A DNA stretch of 64,000 nt, from positions 1,824,001-1,888,000 of the forward strand of contig CAXXYH010000003.1 of the NCBI GenBank assembly GCA_963677925.2. Direction: 5' to 3'. Positions 40,944-50,783 of the stretch are shown piece after piece (position 1 is the first letter of the stretch; the number at the start of each line of letters is the position of its first letter). The stretch comes from Spirochaetia bacterium (GTDB taxonomy: Bacteria > Spirochaetota > Spirochaetia > UBA9216). The position numbers were made by a program, and so were the translations under genes. The notes under the pieces are model-generated. The model was not told the origin of the DNA, ran no database searches, and saw nothing but the letters and a program-made list of their open reading frames with translations.

Positions 40944-42311
40944 CTATCTTCCTTCATATGCAGCCACAGCCAGACCCGCCGCAATGCCCCGGAAAGAATT
41001 CCACTCCTCGGGGTCCTTGCCTGTCAGAGCTGCTATATGCTTTCTTACAGAAGGGATGCGTGAAGTGCCGCCTGTACAGACTATGCGGGAAATCTGCTCT
41101 TTACCAAGTTCAGCATTCTGAAGAACCTCATTTATAACCTGCTCTATATCATGAAATACCGGCATAATTATTTCTTCAAGTTCAGCTCTGGTAAATTCAA
41201 CATCAAGATTTATTTCTTCCATTGTTATCGAGGTTAGCACTTTTTCAGACAGCTCAATTTTTGCCTGCTCGATCCTCTCCATCAGCTGAAATGAACCGTT
41301 GCAGCGTATCAGCATCTTAAGCCTGCGGCCCTTTTCACCTGTAGTTCCGCCTTCCCTGATAAGCATGTTTACCTTCTCTATATAGGCCGCCTGATTAAGC
41401 AGATATGTGCTTTGCCAGTTGAGAAGATATTCTTCAAACTCGGGATAGTGAAAATCGTGACTGATGGTCAGACCGTCACCTAGCAGCGGAGCAATTTTTT
41501 TCCGGAAGATCAACCGGTCAATATTATCTCCAGCCCGGGGGATTCCCGCCGCGCCGAGAAATTTCAAGCCCCCACTGCCTTTCTCAAGAATGCACAGGTC
41601 AAGGGTGCCGCCGCCGAAGTCGACAACCAGAATATTCTCATGCTCCGGTCCGGGGTGACTGTTCAGGTAGCTTAGCGCCGCTGCCTCAGGTTCCAGCATA
41701 AAAGAGAAGTTCTCCATACCGGCCCTGGAGCTGGAGACAGTCATCCGCTCAAGGGCAATCGTTTCGGAATACGCGGCATTACCGCAGTAAATAACAGGGC
41801 GGCCGATGCGCAGTGAAAACTCCTGTTCCTTCACATGTTCACCAAGCCGCTCAGCCACATGTCTTAGAATTATAGTTAAAATAGCTTCAAGCCGGAATTT
41901 TTTCCCGAATACATCGAAACGCGGATCCCCTGTATCTCCCAGATAGCTTTTCATAGACTTAAACAGGCGTCCCGGAAGTTCAGCGTCTATCTTTCCGGTC
42001 ACAACCTGTGTATAGGACCTGTCTCTTTCAATGGTATGATCCCTGTCCATCTCACCCATATGAACTGTTATGCAGCCGATTTCCTTATCAGTAAGTGTTA
42101 TCTTACGGCTGGTATTCTCCTCCAGATATCTGAGTATTGCTCCTCCGCCAACGGTCGGCTGTATCTCACGGTCAAGATACAGCGCAGTGGGCATAATAAT
42201 GCCCTCATTGAGATATTCATCCAGCCTGATATATTCAATACTGCGGCCGTCATAAACAGCCGCAGTTGTGTTTGAGGTTCCAAAATCAAGACCAATTCCA
42301 ATATGTGCCAT
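40944..42311 (-). CDS. Hsp70 family protein (YegD-like, ATPase domain only)
   Basis: GLDFGTSNT, EPEAAA, DFGGGTLD and TGGTS; no substrate-binding domain. Confidence 0.88.
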   Translation of the reverse strand: MAHIGIGLDFGTSNTTAAVYDGRSIEYIRLDEYLNEGIIMPTALYLDREIQPTVGGGAILRYLEENTSRKITLTDKEIGCITVHMGEMDRDHTIERDRSYTQVVTGKIDAELPGRLFKSMKSYLGDTGDPRFDVFGKKFRLEAILTIILRHVAERLGEHVKEQEFSLRIGRPVIYCGNAAYSETIALERMTVSSSRAGMENFSFMLEPEAAALSYLNSHPGPEHENILVVDFGGGTLDLCILEKGSGGLKFLGAAGIPRAGDNIDRLIFRKKIAPLLGDGLTISHDFHYPEFEEYLLNWQSTYLLNQAAYIEKVNMLIREGGTTGEKGRRLKMLIRCNGSFQLMERIEQAKIELSEKVLTSITMEEINLDVEFTRAELEEIIMPVFHDIEQVINEVLQNAELGKEQISRIVCTGGTSRIPSVRKHIAALTGKDPEEWNSFRGIAAGLAVAAYEGR

Positions 42312-42453
42312 GAAATTAATATCTCCTAAGCGATAAGTTCATTTCAGTAAAATCGTAATATAATTAAATATAAAGTTAAAGAACAGTCCCGATTGAATTT
42401 TTTGCATTACCAGCCCCCTTAATATTATAATTAAACTTAACCGGAGGAAAATA

Positions 42454-43224
42454 ATGGAAAAACCTTTTCAGCTTTATATTTTTGCGTTTATTAATCTGGC
42501 AGTATTTATCGCTATAGTCATAGTTAACGCTCTTGCAAACATTTTACCTCTAAACGGGATAGGGACAGGAGAACTTTCGGATATGTATCCAAACCTCTTT
42601 GTTCCCGCAGGAATTACCTTTTCTGTGTGGGGAGTTATATATTTACTTCTCGCAGGCTTTTCAATATACGGCATCATAGCGGTGTTTAAAGCTTCTGCTG
42701 AAGCTTCATTTTTATCAGAAATAAATATCTGGTTTCTGGTTTCCGGAATAGCTAATATCGGATGGATATTCGCCTGGCACTGGAAAAAATTAAGCCTTTC
42801 ACTTCTCTTTATGGCTTTAATTCTTGCAAGTCTGATAATCATATACCTGAAACTGAATAGCACTGTTGTGCATAGTAAATCTATTTATTTTCTGACAAGA
42901 CTTCCGTTCAGCATATATCTGGGCTGGATAACGGTCGCAACAATCGCCAACATTACTGCTTTTCTCGTCAATTTGAATCTAAAAGGGTATCTTCTGCCTG
43001 AGGAGGCATGGACGGTACTAGTTATTGCTGCTGCAGTTTTTATAACCTGCCTCATGATTATTACAAGAAGAGATATTGGATACAGTGCGGTGGTAATATG
43101 GGCACTGCTGGGAATTATTATAAAAAGAAGTTCTCTCGGAGATGCTCCCGGCATAGTTATTTCCGCCATCGCTGCAATTGCAGTCATTACTGCGGCGCTG
43201 ATTATCAGACTGATAAAAAGCTGA
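42454..43224 (+). CDS. TspO/tryptophan-rich sensory protein-like membrane protein
   Basis: FVPAGITFSVWGVIY and YLGWITVATIAN motifs; ~8 TMs. Confidence 0.75.
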   Translation: MEKPFQLYIFAFINLAVFIAIVIVNALANILPLNGIGTGELSDMYPNLFVPAGITFSVWGVIYLLLAGFSIYGIIAVFKASAEASFLSEINIWFLVSGIANIGWIFAWHWKKLSLSLLFMALILASLIIIYLKLNSTVVHSKSIYFLTRLPFSIYLGWITVATIANITAFLVNLNLKGYLLPEEAWTVLVIAAAVFITCLMIITRRDIGYSAVVIWALLGIIIKRSSLGDAPGIVISAIAAIAVITAALIIRLIKS

Positions 43225-43247
43225 ATCAGGATACAGGCTGTTTATTG

Positions 43248-44198
43248 ATGAGACTGCTCCATCCTGAGATCTTTCAGGGATCGCTTAAGCGAAGGAAATA
43301 TTTCGAAGGATGGTACTTTAAAACCGTATATAAAAACGGAGTTTTAATTGTAATCCCCGGAATTTCAATCGGCCGGGATCCTCACAGTTTTATACAGATT
43401 ATTGACGGCGGGACTCAAAAAACATTTTATCAGCGCTTTCCATTGAAGGACTTTCATGCAGAGCGTAATACTTTTTACATCAGGATAGGAGAAAATGAAT
43501 TTTCATCCAAGGGTCTTTCCCTTAACATTTCAAGTTCAGATTTGAAATTTTCCTGTTCGCTTAATTTCGGAAAATTTACACCCTATCCTTCAGGGACACT
43601 GGCTCCGGGAATTATGGGACCGTATTCATTTGTTCCGTTCATGGAATGTTATCATGGCATTGTATCTGTAGATCATACCGTGGACGGCGAAATTATCCGC
43701 GACAGTAAGAAACAGGTGATACAGGACGGCAGAGGTTATATAGAGAAAGACTGGGGAAAATCCATGCCGTCATCCTGGATCTGGATACAAAGCAACAGCT
43801 TCAGCGGGCACCCCGGAAGTTTTATGCTGTCTATTGCAAAGGTTCCATGGCTGGGCAGAGAATTTAACGGATTTCTCTGCTACCTTTATTTTAAAGAGAA
43901 ATATTATAGATTCACGACATACAATAATAGTGTTTACGAAATAAACGATGCGAATAAAAATGAAATATCAGTTTTAATGAGAAATAATAATTACCAGCTT
44001 AAAGTTGCCTTTGCTTTACCCGGGCAGGGCGGTTTATTAAAAGCTCCGGTAAACGGAGCAATGCAGCGGGAAATTCGTGAAACAACCGATGCAGAAATCA
44101 GTATTGAACTTTCAGATCTCAAAAACATTTGTATCCTGAAAGATAGCGCCGGTTTCTGCGGGGTTGAAGTGGTTGGAGATATAAACAGCCTGAAATAA
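43248..44198 (+). CDS. Tocopherol cyclase family protein
   Basis: YFEGWYFK, GIMGPYSFVPFMECYHG and GYIEKDWGKSMP. Start reset to ATG 43248. Confidence 0.82.
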   Translation: MRLLHPEIFQGSLKRRKYFEGWYFKTVYKNGVLIVIPGISIGRDPHSFIQIIDGGTQKTFYQRFPLKDFHAERNTFYIRIGENEFSSKGLSLNISSSDLKFSCSLNFGKFTPYPSGTLAPGIMGPYSFVPFMECYHGIVSVDHTVDGEIIRDSKKQVIQDGRGYIEKDWGKSMPSSWIWIQSNSFSGHPGSFMLSIAKVPWLGREFNGFLCYLYFKEKYYRFTTYNNSVYEINDANKNEISVLMRNNNYQLKVAFALPGQGGLLKAPVNGAMQREIRETTDAEISIELSDLKNICILKDSAGFCGVEVVGDINSLK

Positions 44199-44203
44199 AG
44201 CAC

Positions 44204-44866
44204 TTAAGCAATTATCTGTTTAATCAGATCGCGCATGTCCCTGGCTTTAAAATCCGGAAGCGGATAATATGGATTGAATATTGTCTTTTTACGCTCAATA
44301 TAGGCAGTTTTCAATCCGGCCTTTTTAGCTCCGAACAGGTCCCAGTCATGCGCTGCAACCATTACAATATCTTCGGGCTTTAAGCCTTCCTCTTCTGCCG
44401 CCGCATGGTAAATATTTTTAAAGGGTTTATATTTTTCAACACTGTCGACAGAATAATATGAATCAAACAGGTTAAAAATTCCTGCATTAGAGAGCTGTTC
44501 TTTTATCATAATAAGCGACGAATTTGAAACTGCAACTGCAGGTATATTGGCAGCCTTCAATAACTCAATCGACGGCTGAACATCTTCATAAGCTGGCAAT
44601 CTTCTGAATTCACCTAATATTTCTGTTTTTGTCGCTTGCGTCAGAGGCTTGCTGCTCTCAAAGAATACGTTCTCCAGAACAGCACCTGCAAGCTCTCCGA
44701 AGTTTTCATACTCATTCATTGCGCCCATTATACAGGAACTATGCAGTAATTTAGTAAACCAGTATTTTAGTACATATTCATCATCAAAATACCTGTCAAA
44801 CTGTTCTTTAAGCAGACCAAGATTCAGGACAGTTTCATTCATATCAAAAAACACAGCTTTTATCAT
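44204..44866 (-). CDS. Haloacid dehalogenase type II
   Basis: FDMNETV, SN, KYKP and VAAHDWDLFGA motifs. Confidence 0.88.
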   Translation of the reverse strand: MIKAVFFDMNETVLNLGLLKEQFDRYFDDEYVLKYWFTKLLHSSCIMGAMNEYENFGELAGAVLENVFFESSKPLTQATKTEILGEFRRLPAYEDVQPSIELLKAANIPAVAVSNSSLIMIKEQLSNAGIFNLFDSYYSVDSVEKYKPFKNIYHAAAEEEGLKPEDIVMVAAHDWDLFGAKKAGLKTAYIERKKTIFNPYYPLPDFKARDMRDLIKQIIA

Positions 44867-44938
44867 TTCCGTACTCCTGTTTTATTTTAAAAATTATCCG
44901 TGGGACAGTCTGAATCATCAGCACGATTCATGGATTTA

Positions 44939-46309
44939 TCAACTTTTACAGAATGTGATGGATACATCAGAACCGCTTGATTCATTTTCTGAAACAACAA
45001 GCTTCCCGTCAAGCTGCTCAACCAGTGAGCGTACTATTGTAAGCCCTGCAGTATTTACAGTGTTAATATTAAAATCAGGCGAAAACCCGGAGCCATTATC
45101 CTTGACATTCAGACAAATCAAATCTTCATCCTCTGAAATCTTCCTGAAGGAAATCCAGACATCTCCCGTTTTTTTAACTTTGTATGCATGTTTGAAAACA
45201 TTTACAATCAGTTCATTCAGTAAAATTCCCATAGGTGTTGCCTGGGTAATGTTAAGCTGAACATCTTCAATATCAGTCTGAAAACTCAGATTAGAAACAT
45301 CAATATAGGAAGATTTCAGATAATCTATCAGTTCAAAAATATATTCCCGCATATTTATCTGTGAAAAGTCCTTATTCTGATATAACTGTTCATGAACCAG
45401 CGCTAAAGATGATATTATACTGCTGATATCAGCAAAGGCTTCATATATATCATTGTTTTTAAATTTTTCCGCCTGCAGGCTCATTATACTGTTCACTATA
45501 GTCAGGTTATTTTTAACCCTGTGATGAATCTCCATTATCAGCAGATCTTTCTCGTCCATGTTTTTCTTAAGCTGTTCTTCAGCCTCTTTTCTGTTCAAAA
45601 TCTCAGACTTCAGTACAGATATATTTTCTTCGATTGTATTCGCCATCAGGTTAATTTTATGAGCAAGGATTCCCAATTCATCCTTATTTTTGATTGATAT
45701 TCTTGAGGATAATGCACCATCGGCAATCACTTCAGTAACATGGGTAATTTTCTTAAGCGGTTTAACAAACAGACCTTCAAGAAAAACGAACAGAAAAACA
45801 CTCATAATCAGGCAGCTCAGCAGCAGCTGTATTAAAAAACTTAATATCTGCTGTTTAACCTCAAGAATAAAAAAATACTTTGCCATACTTATTTCTATAG
45901 TTCCTAAGTAGTCTTCCCCGTAAAAGATTTTCTGCTTCGTATGAATGAGAGATTTATCTATTTTTATTAAAAGTTCATCTGAAATACTTTCAAAATCCGT
46001 TCTGCTGATTGTAAAATTCATATCCTCCAGACTTGTATCTTCGATTGTTATAGAGAATATATGGATATCACTGAAAGATGCTTTACAAATGGATTTGACG
46101 GTTACGTAATCAAATGTATACATTGATGTCTGAAGCAGTTCACTTATCTGCAGAGACTCCAATTCCAGAACTTCCGGAATTTTCCTGTTTATTTCTTTTA
46201 TCTGTGAGGAGTAATAAATAATTCCTGACACAGCTGCGGAAATAATAGTTATGCCCAAAACTGCTGTAAGTATTTTTAAACTAAGTTTTTTATTTATCAG
46301 ATCATGCAT
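44939..46309 (-). CDS. Membrane sensor histidine kinase (HAMP + HisKA_2)
   Basis: 2 TMs, HAMP, EIHHRVKNNL, NELIVNVFKHA and KDNGSG. Confidence 0.9.
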   Translation of the reverse strand: MHDLINKKLSLKILTAVLGITIISAAVSGIIYYSSQIKEINRKIPEVLELESLQISELLQTSMYTFDYVTVKSICKASFSDIHIFSITIEDTSLEDMNFTISRTDFESISDELLIKIDKSLIHTKQKIFYGEDYLGTIEISMAKYFFILEVKQQILSFLIQLLLSCLIMSVFLFVFLEGLFVKPLKKITHVTEVIADGALSSRISIKNKDELGILAHKINLMANTIEENISVLKSEILNRKEAEEQLKKNMDEKDLLIMEIHHRVKNNLTIVNSIMSLQAEKFKNNDIYEAFADISSIISSLALVHEQLYQNKDFSQINMREYIFELIDYLKSSYIDVSNLSFQTDIEDVQLNITQATPMGILLNELIVNVFKHAYKVKKTGDVWISFRKISEDEDLICLNVKDNGSGFSPDFNINTVNTAGLTIVRSLVEQLDGKLVVSENESSGSDVSITFCKS

Positions 46310-46376
46310 GCTTCAAATATTCCGCCTGTAACATAGATTATAGCATTACTTTTATACGTTTCGGGATTAGTTATAC

Positions 46377-47108
46377 TCATCTTGTCCATTTATCAATGAT
46401 TGCCTGATAGCTTCCGTCAAGGCGCATAGAATCAATAGCCATGGAAATCTGCAGTGCAGTTTCTTTGGGAAATTGAAGGTTTGCACCGATGTAGGCAAGG
46501 GAGCCGGCTTTCATGATAATACCTTCATCAAGCTCAGAAACATCGTAGCCTTTAATTTTCCAGTTATAGCTCATGCATAGAGCTCCTTCACAAATGGCAT
46601 CAATTCTACCGTATTTAAGCATCATGACCAGCTGCTCGATGGTTGTGGCCATCACATAATCGGTTATCCCCTTTTCCTGTAAAACCGGAATAATCACATG
46701 CCCGTTTACCACACCTATTATCTTCTTTTTGGCCTCGGAGACGGATTGAATCGGACCGGTTGATTTAAGGGAAATTAGACGAATATCATCTATCACTACA
46801 TTAGATATCCACATGTACTGGTCTTCCCGGGAAGGGATCCTGCTAAGCGGTATAATTACTGTGAGTGCGTCACCTGCTTCCAAAACCATATGCTGGGCCC
46901 GGATCCAGGGCAGACCAATTTCATATTTGAAGGGAGGGGCGCCATGGCGGGAGGCTTCTTCCATAACATCTATAAATATGCCCTGAGGAGTTCCGTTCAC
47001 AATACCGTTCCACGGCATGGATTCATTTCCAATAACCCGGACTTCCTGAGCTGAGGCGAAGCTCACAACGAAGAACAGAAATAAAACCATGAATTTGATT
47101 ATCTTCAT
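46377..47108 (-). CDS. Periplasmic substrate-binding protein (amino-acid ABC/PBPb-like)
   Basis: Signal peptide; LPWIRAQ, MLKYGRIDA and GSYQAIIDKW. Confidence 0.8.
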   Translation of the reverse strand: MKIIKFMVLFLFFVVSFASAQEVRVIGNESMPWNGIVNGTPQGIFIDVMEEASRHGAPPFKYEIGLPWIRAQHMVLEAGDALTVIIPLSRIPSREDQYMWISNVVIDDIRLISLKSTGPIQSVSEAKKKIIGVVNGHVIIPVLQEKGITDYVMATTIEQLVMMLKYGRIDAICEGALCMSYNWKIKGYDVSELDEGIIMKAGSLAYIGANLQFPKETALQISMAIDSMRLDGSYQAIIDKWTR

Positions 47109-47172
47109 AGTACACCCTCTTATATATATTTTAACTATAGTCTATCGGACATTAAATTCAAACTATTCAGTG

Positions 47173-48105
47173 CTAGCACATGGACAGCAGTTCAAAACGC
47201 GAATTGATTTCCAGCTTTCTATAGATATTGTAAATGTGGTTATCCACTGTCTTTGTCGAGATGAAGAGATTCCCTGCAATCTGTTTATTGCTCATCCCTT
47301 CAACAATAAGGGGAATAACCTCTTTTTCCCTCTCCGTCAAACCATGTTTTCTGCTGAGTTCTCTAAGCAAGTCCTCAGTAAGCTGAGTTGAATTTTCAAG
47401 CTGAGTAATTGCAATGAAGTACCGGCCGGAGTAGATGATTACTATTAAAGAAATAATAAAGTAATAGAGCGGAAAGAATATAAGTTCTGTAGGGAAGATG
47501 TCAAAGTAACGCCGGCCCATCGAATAAGTGATGTCATGAAAAAAACCGGGGATAAAAATCAATGTAAGCATACCGGCCAGCATAAGAAGGAGACGGACCG
47601 GTTTTGCTTTAATATTGCGAAAACCGGTAAGCAGCAGAAGCACACTATAAGCGATAACCGTAAGCTGTCCAATCCCTGTTAAAGCAAACAGAGGGCCCAG
47701 ATTCAGTGTCCCGGTCTCAAGATCATAAGAAGATCCAACCGGAAAATACTGGATTGAATTAAGCAGCAGATTTAAAACAATCAGAATCCGGTTTCTCCAT
47801 TTTTCATACCGGACTTCCAGAATCCTGTGTACAGCCATTGGAAATGCTGTGAACATAATGAATGAGAAAGGAACCGAGGCAAGCGTGAGCAGATAATCCT
47901 GCAGCGCAAGTTTACCTGTGAGATTGATCGCCCGGTACATAAGAATCAGGTCTATCAGAATGTCTGCAGTCATTGAGAAGAAAAACAGGTTAAAATAAAA
48001 GAGATCCTTCCTGGGGTTTTTATGATACACCAGAAATAACAGCACTAATGCGGCCACACCGCCTGAAATGCAAAAAAAAAGGTAGAACGGGAGGGTATGT
48101 TCCAT
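47173..48105 (-). CDS. Membrane-anchored LuxR-type regulator
   Basis: ~7 TMs plus LTEREKEV..GMSNKQIA..TVDNHIYNIYRKL. Confidence 0.9.
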   Translation of the reverse strand: MEHTLPFYLFFCISGGVAALVLLFLVYHKNPRKDLFYFNLFFFSMTADILIDLILMYRAINLTGKLALQDYLLTLASVPFSFIMFTAFPMAVHRILEVRYEKWRNRILIVLNLLLNSIQYFPVGSSYDLETGTLNLGPLFALTGIGQLTVIAYSVLLLLTGFRNIKAKPVRLLLMLAGMLTLIFIPGFFHDITYSMGRRYFDIFPTELIFFPLYYFIISLIVIIYSGRYFIAITQLENSTQLTEDLLRELSRKHGLTEREKEVIPLIVEGMSNKQIAGNLFISTKTVDNHIYNIYRKLEINSRFELLSMC

Positions 48106-48255
48106 AATAAGCCGGCACCTTCCAACCTTGAAAAAATCAGGACTATTTTAATAATAGGTGCGGAAGATTCAGCTGTCAATTAAAATATAAGTCTGGAAGG
48201 ATCTGCCACCGAGCCAGCCCCGGCGGAGGGCTGGCGCAGTGATATCAAAATTTGG

Positions 48256-50040
48256 TTACTCTTTTATAAGCTTGAAGTTTAGAAATTCCAGGATTTCTGC
48301 ACCCTGTTCTGCAACTGCATTGATATTTCCGCCAAGCCCCCTGCCTGTTCCCATGAGCCGGGCACTGGATGAATTTTTGGTCTGAAGCGGGAAGCGTGAC
48401 CAGCCGTCTGCGCTTTTAAGCGACAGACATAAAAAGCCGCTTTTTTTATCATACTCTATTTTAAAACCGGTATAATTGGGCATTATTTCTTCTTTTACAG
48501 GCTTATAGGTTCCGCATCGGTCCATCCATGTTTCATCAATCGGAACTGGCTCTATTTTAATACAGGGACTGATAAAAACACCCTGAAGTCTCAGGTTAAT
48601 TGATTCATTCAGCCCGATTGGCTCGGTCGTAATCGACATCTCGTCGAAGACCGGCAGCTTGACGGGAATAATTCCCAGAATTTTCATCCCCATACTCATT
48701 GTCCCATCAGCATGTGAGTAGAGGTCAAACCAGTTATTGAAAGCATATATCTTCAATTTACGGCCAGCCGGCTTTATTTCCGACAAGCCTGAGGCCGATG
48801 CATAGTATCCGGGGAGATTATTTTTAACATCATCCGGAGTTTCAACAACAGGGCTTGGTTCAAGCGCATTGCGGATCGGAGCCTGATTTTTTTCTGCTGC
48901 AAAGGTACGTACAGCCTCTGCGGTAATATCAGTAAGACTGAAAGAGCCTACGCCGTTTACAGAATTGACCATTATAAAAACCGCAAGGTCTCTTTCAGGG
49001 AGAATGGTTACCAGTGCATGAAAAGGCGGGAGGTCCCCGCCGTGCCCCAGAAGATACTCTCCGGGAAGGCTTTTCAGGTTTACGATCCACCATGTGAGCC
49101 CGATTCTAAAGTCAAGATCATTGGGGACGGCTGTGTTTGAAGGAGTAAACATTTCATACACTGTCTGCTGTTCAAGGTTGTCGTCATCATTTCTGTATGA
49201 GGCAAGGATGCCCTGCAGAAAGCGGCCCATGTCATTAGCGCTTGAATTAAGACTTCCGGCCGGCATGTCCCTGATATAGGGAACGGTTTCAGGCTTACCG
49301 TTTAAATACCCGAGAGACATTCTATCCTCCGGTATTTCATCGAGAATGAAGCTTGAGCTGGTCATCCCGGCAGGTTCGAATACAAGCTCTTTTACAGCTT
49401 CCTGAAATTCAAGCCCCACTGTTCTTTCTATTATGCAGCCGAGAAGGGAATAGCCGAGATTGCAGTATGAAAATATTGTATACGGTTTTCTTACAACACC
49501 GCTCCGGTTTACTGCATCAACCGCGCTGCGGTAACTGTGAGTATAATTATCCGGTCTGCTGTATCCCAGAAAAAAATCCTGAAACGCATCGGACTCAAGG
49601 CCGGATTCATGATTCAGCAGCATTCTGACGGTAACAGGATTATCGGGGAGGCCTCCGCGGGGTGAAAACTCAGGAATATAGTCTGAGACCGGGGCATCAA
49701 GGTCTATCCTGCCAGTTTCTGCAAGCTTCATAACAGCAGCGGCTGTTATCAGTTTGGATACTGAACCAACATTCGAAATTGTATCATCATTAAAAGTTTT
49801 ACCGGCTTTTTTATCGGAAAATCCGAAGCCTTCTGACCAGATAATTCCTTCTGAGTCGGCAACGGCTATTGAAAGCCCTGTCATTTTCTTTAATTTCATT
49901 TCTGATTTTATTGTGTTTATAAGAGAAGCCCTGCTGTCAGATAATGCATATTCCGAGTCATTCTCAGCTTCTGTTTTTATTCCTGCACATCCTGAAATTA
50001 TCAGGCTTATTAAAAGTAATATTGTAATGGCTGTCTTCAT
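48256..50040 (-). CDS. Serine hydrolase (beta-lactamase/AmpC-like) lipoprotein
   Basis: Lipobox ISGC; SVSK, YCN and HGG motifs. Confidence 0.88.
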   Translation of the reverse strand: MKTAITILLLISLIISGCAGIKTEAENDSEYALSDSRASLINTIKSEMKLKKMTGLSIAVADSEGIIWSEGFGFSDKKAGKTFNDDTISNVGSVSKLITAAAVMKLAETGRIDLDAPVSDYIPEFSPRGGLPDNPVTVRMLLNHESGLESDAFQDFFLGYSRPDNYTHSYRSAVDAVNRSGVVRKPYTIFSYCNLGYSLLGCIIERTVGLEFQEAVKELVFEPAGMTSSSFILDEIPEDRMSLGYLNGKPETVPYIRDMPAGSLNSSANDMGRFLQGILASYRNDDDNLEQQTVYEMFTPSNTAVPNDLDFRIGLTWWIVNLKSLPGEYLLGHGGDLPPFHALVTILPERDLAVFIMVNSVNGVGSFSLTDITAEAVRTFAAEKNQAPIRNALEPSPVVETPDDVKNNLPGYYASASGLSEIKPAGRKLKIYAFNNWFDLYSHADGTMSMGMKILGIIPVKLPVFDEMSITTEPIGLNESINLRLQGVFISPCIKIEPVPIDETWMDRCGTYKPVKEEIMPNYTGFKIEYDKKSGFLCLSLKSADGWSRFPLQTKNSSSARLMGTGRGLGGNINAVAEQGAEILEFLNFKLIKE

Positions 50041-50651
50041 TTTGATTCTCCTTTTTTTATGATTGAAGTTTTATTCCAGGGTAGTTTTACAGCGTCCATA
50101 TAGGATTTAAATCTTAGAGCCAGGCTGACATTCAGATAAGATCTTGAAAAATCCCAATTACCGGTAGCCGCATCATAGGGTCTGATTACAGGTGCAAAGG
50201 TTAATGCAGTATCGAAATTGGACATTAACGGAAAACCGATTGAGATACCCGGATGTAAGGCCGGAGCTTCTGCCCGATAGAGGTTTGTTGCCTGCTCTAT
50301 CCGACCGCCTGTCGCTATGACATCAAGGCAAAGGTCCAAGTCAAGACCGGTATCCCCTATTAAATGGTAGTATCCGAAAAAAAATCCTGTTTCGAAGAAG
50401 TTCTCTTTTTTTGAAATAAACTCACCAAATATGGAACCAAATCCGTAATAAAGAGGTCCGTCACCGATATATGAGGATGATTTTATAAATACACCATATC
50501 CATATCCGTTTGATCCGTCACTTGCAAAGCCTGTATCTATTGAAAAAATAGATTTCACGGGGACTGAAGACGGATAATCTGCTTCCGCCTCCTGAGTTCC
50601 GGCTATTGTGAAAATTAAAGCAAAAACTAAAATTGAAAAAAATCTGTTCAT
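50037..50651 (-). CDS. Hypothetical exported (outer-membrane-like) protein
   Basis: Signal peptide and aromatic amphipathic strands; overlaps the hydrolase start (ATGA). Confidence 0.6.
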   Translation of the reverse strand: MNRFFSILVFALIFTIAGTQEAEADYPSSVPVKSIFSIDTGFASDGSNGYGYGVFIKSSSYIGDGPLYYGFGSIFGEFISKKENFFETGFFFGYYHLIGDTGLDLDLCLDVIATGGRIEQATNLYRAEAPALHPGISIGFPLMSNFDTALTFAPVIRPYDAATGNWDFSRSYLNVSLALRFKSYMDAVKLPWNKTSIIKKGESK

Positions 50652-50783
50652 TCAACACTCCTTCAGAACTGATAACCTGACTTTAACGCCGTAGAGGGGA
50701 GTTTGAAATGGGGAAATATACTTGAATTATCTAGGTAATTATACCCGGGTGAGGAGATCTGCTAATTTTAAATGATTAGAGGT

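Noticed and set aside
43008-43247. N-terminal extension of the tocopherol-cyclase ORF (Cys-rich MDGTSYCCC..)
   Set aside because: Overlaps the TspO-like gene in another frame; family similarity begins at ATG 43248.
48213-48235. GC hairpin GCCAGCCC-N7-GGGCTGGC
   Set aside because: No U-tract and no second copy seen; cannot be called a terminator or REP with confidence.
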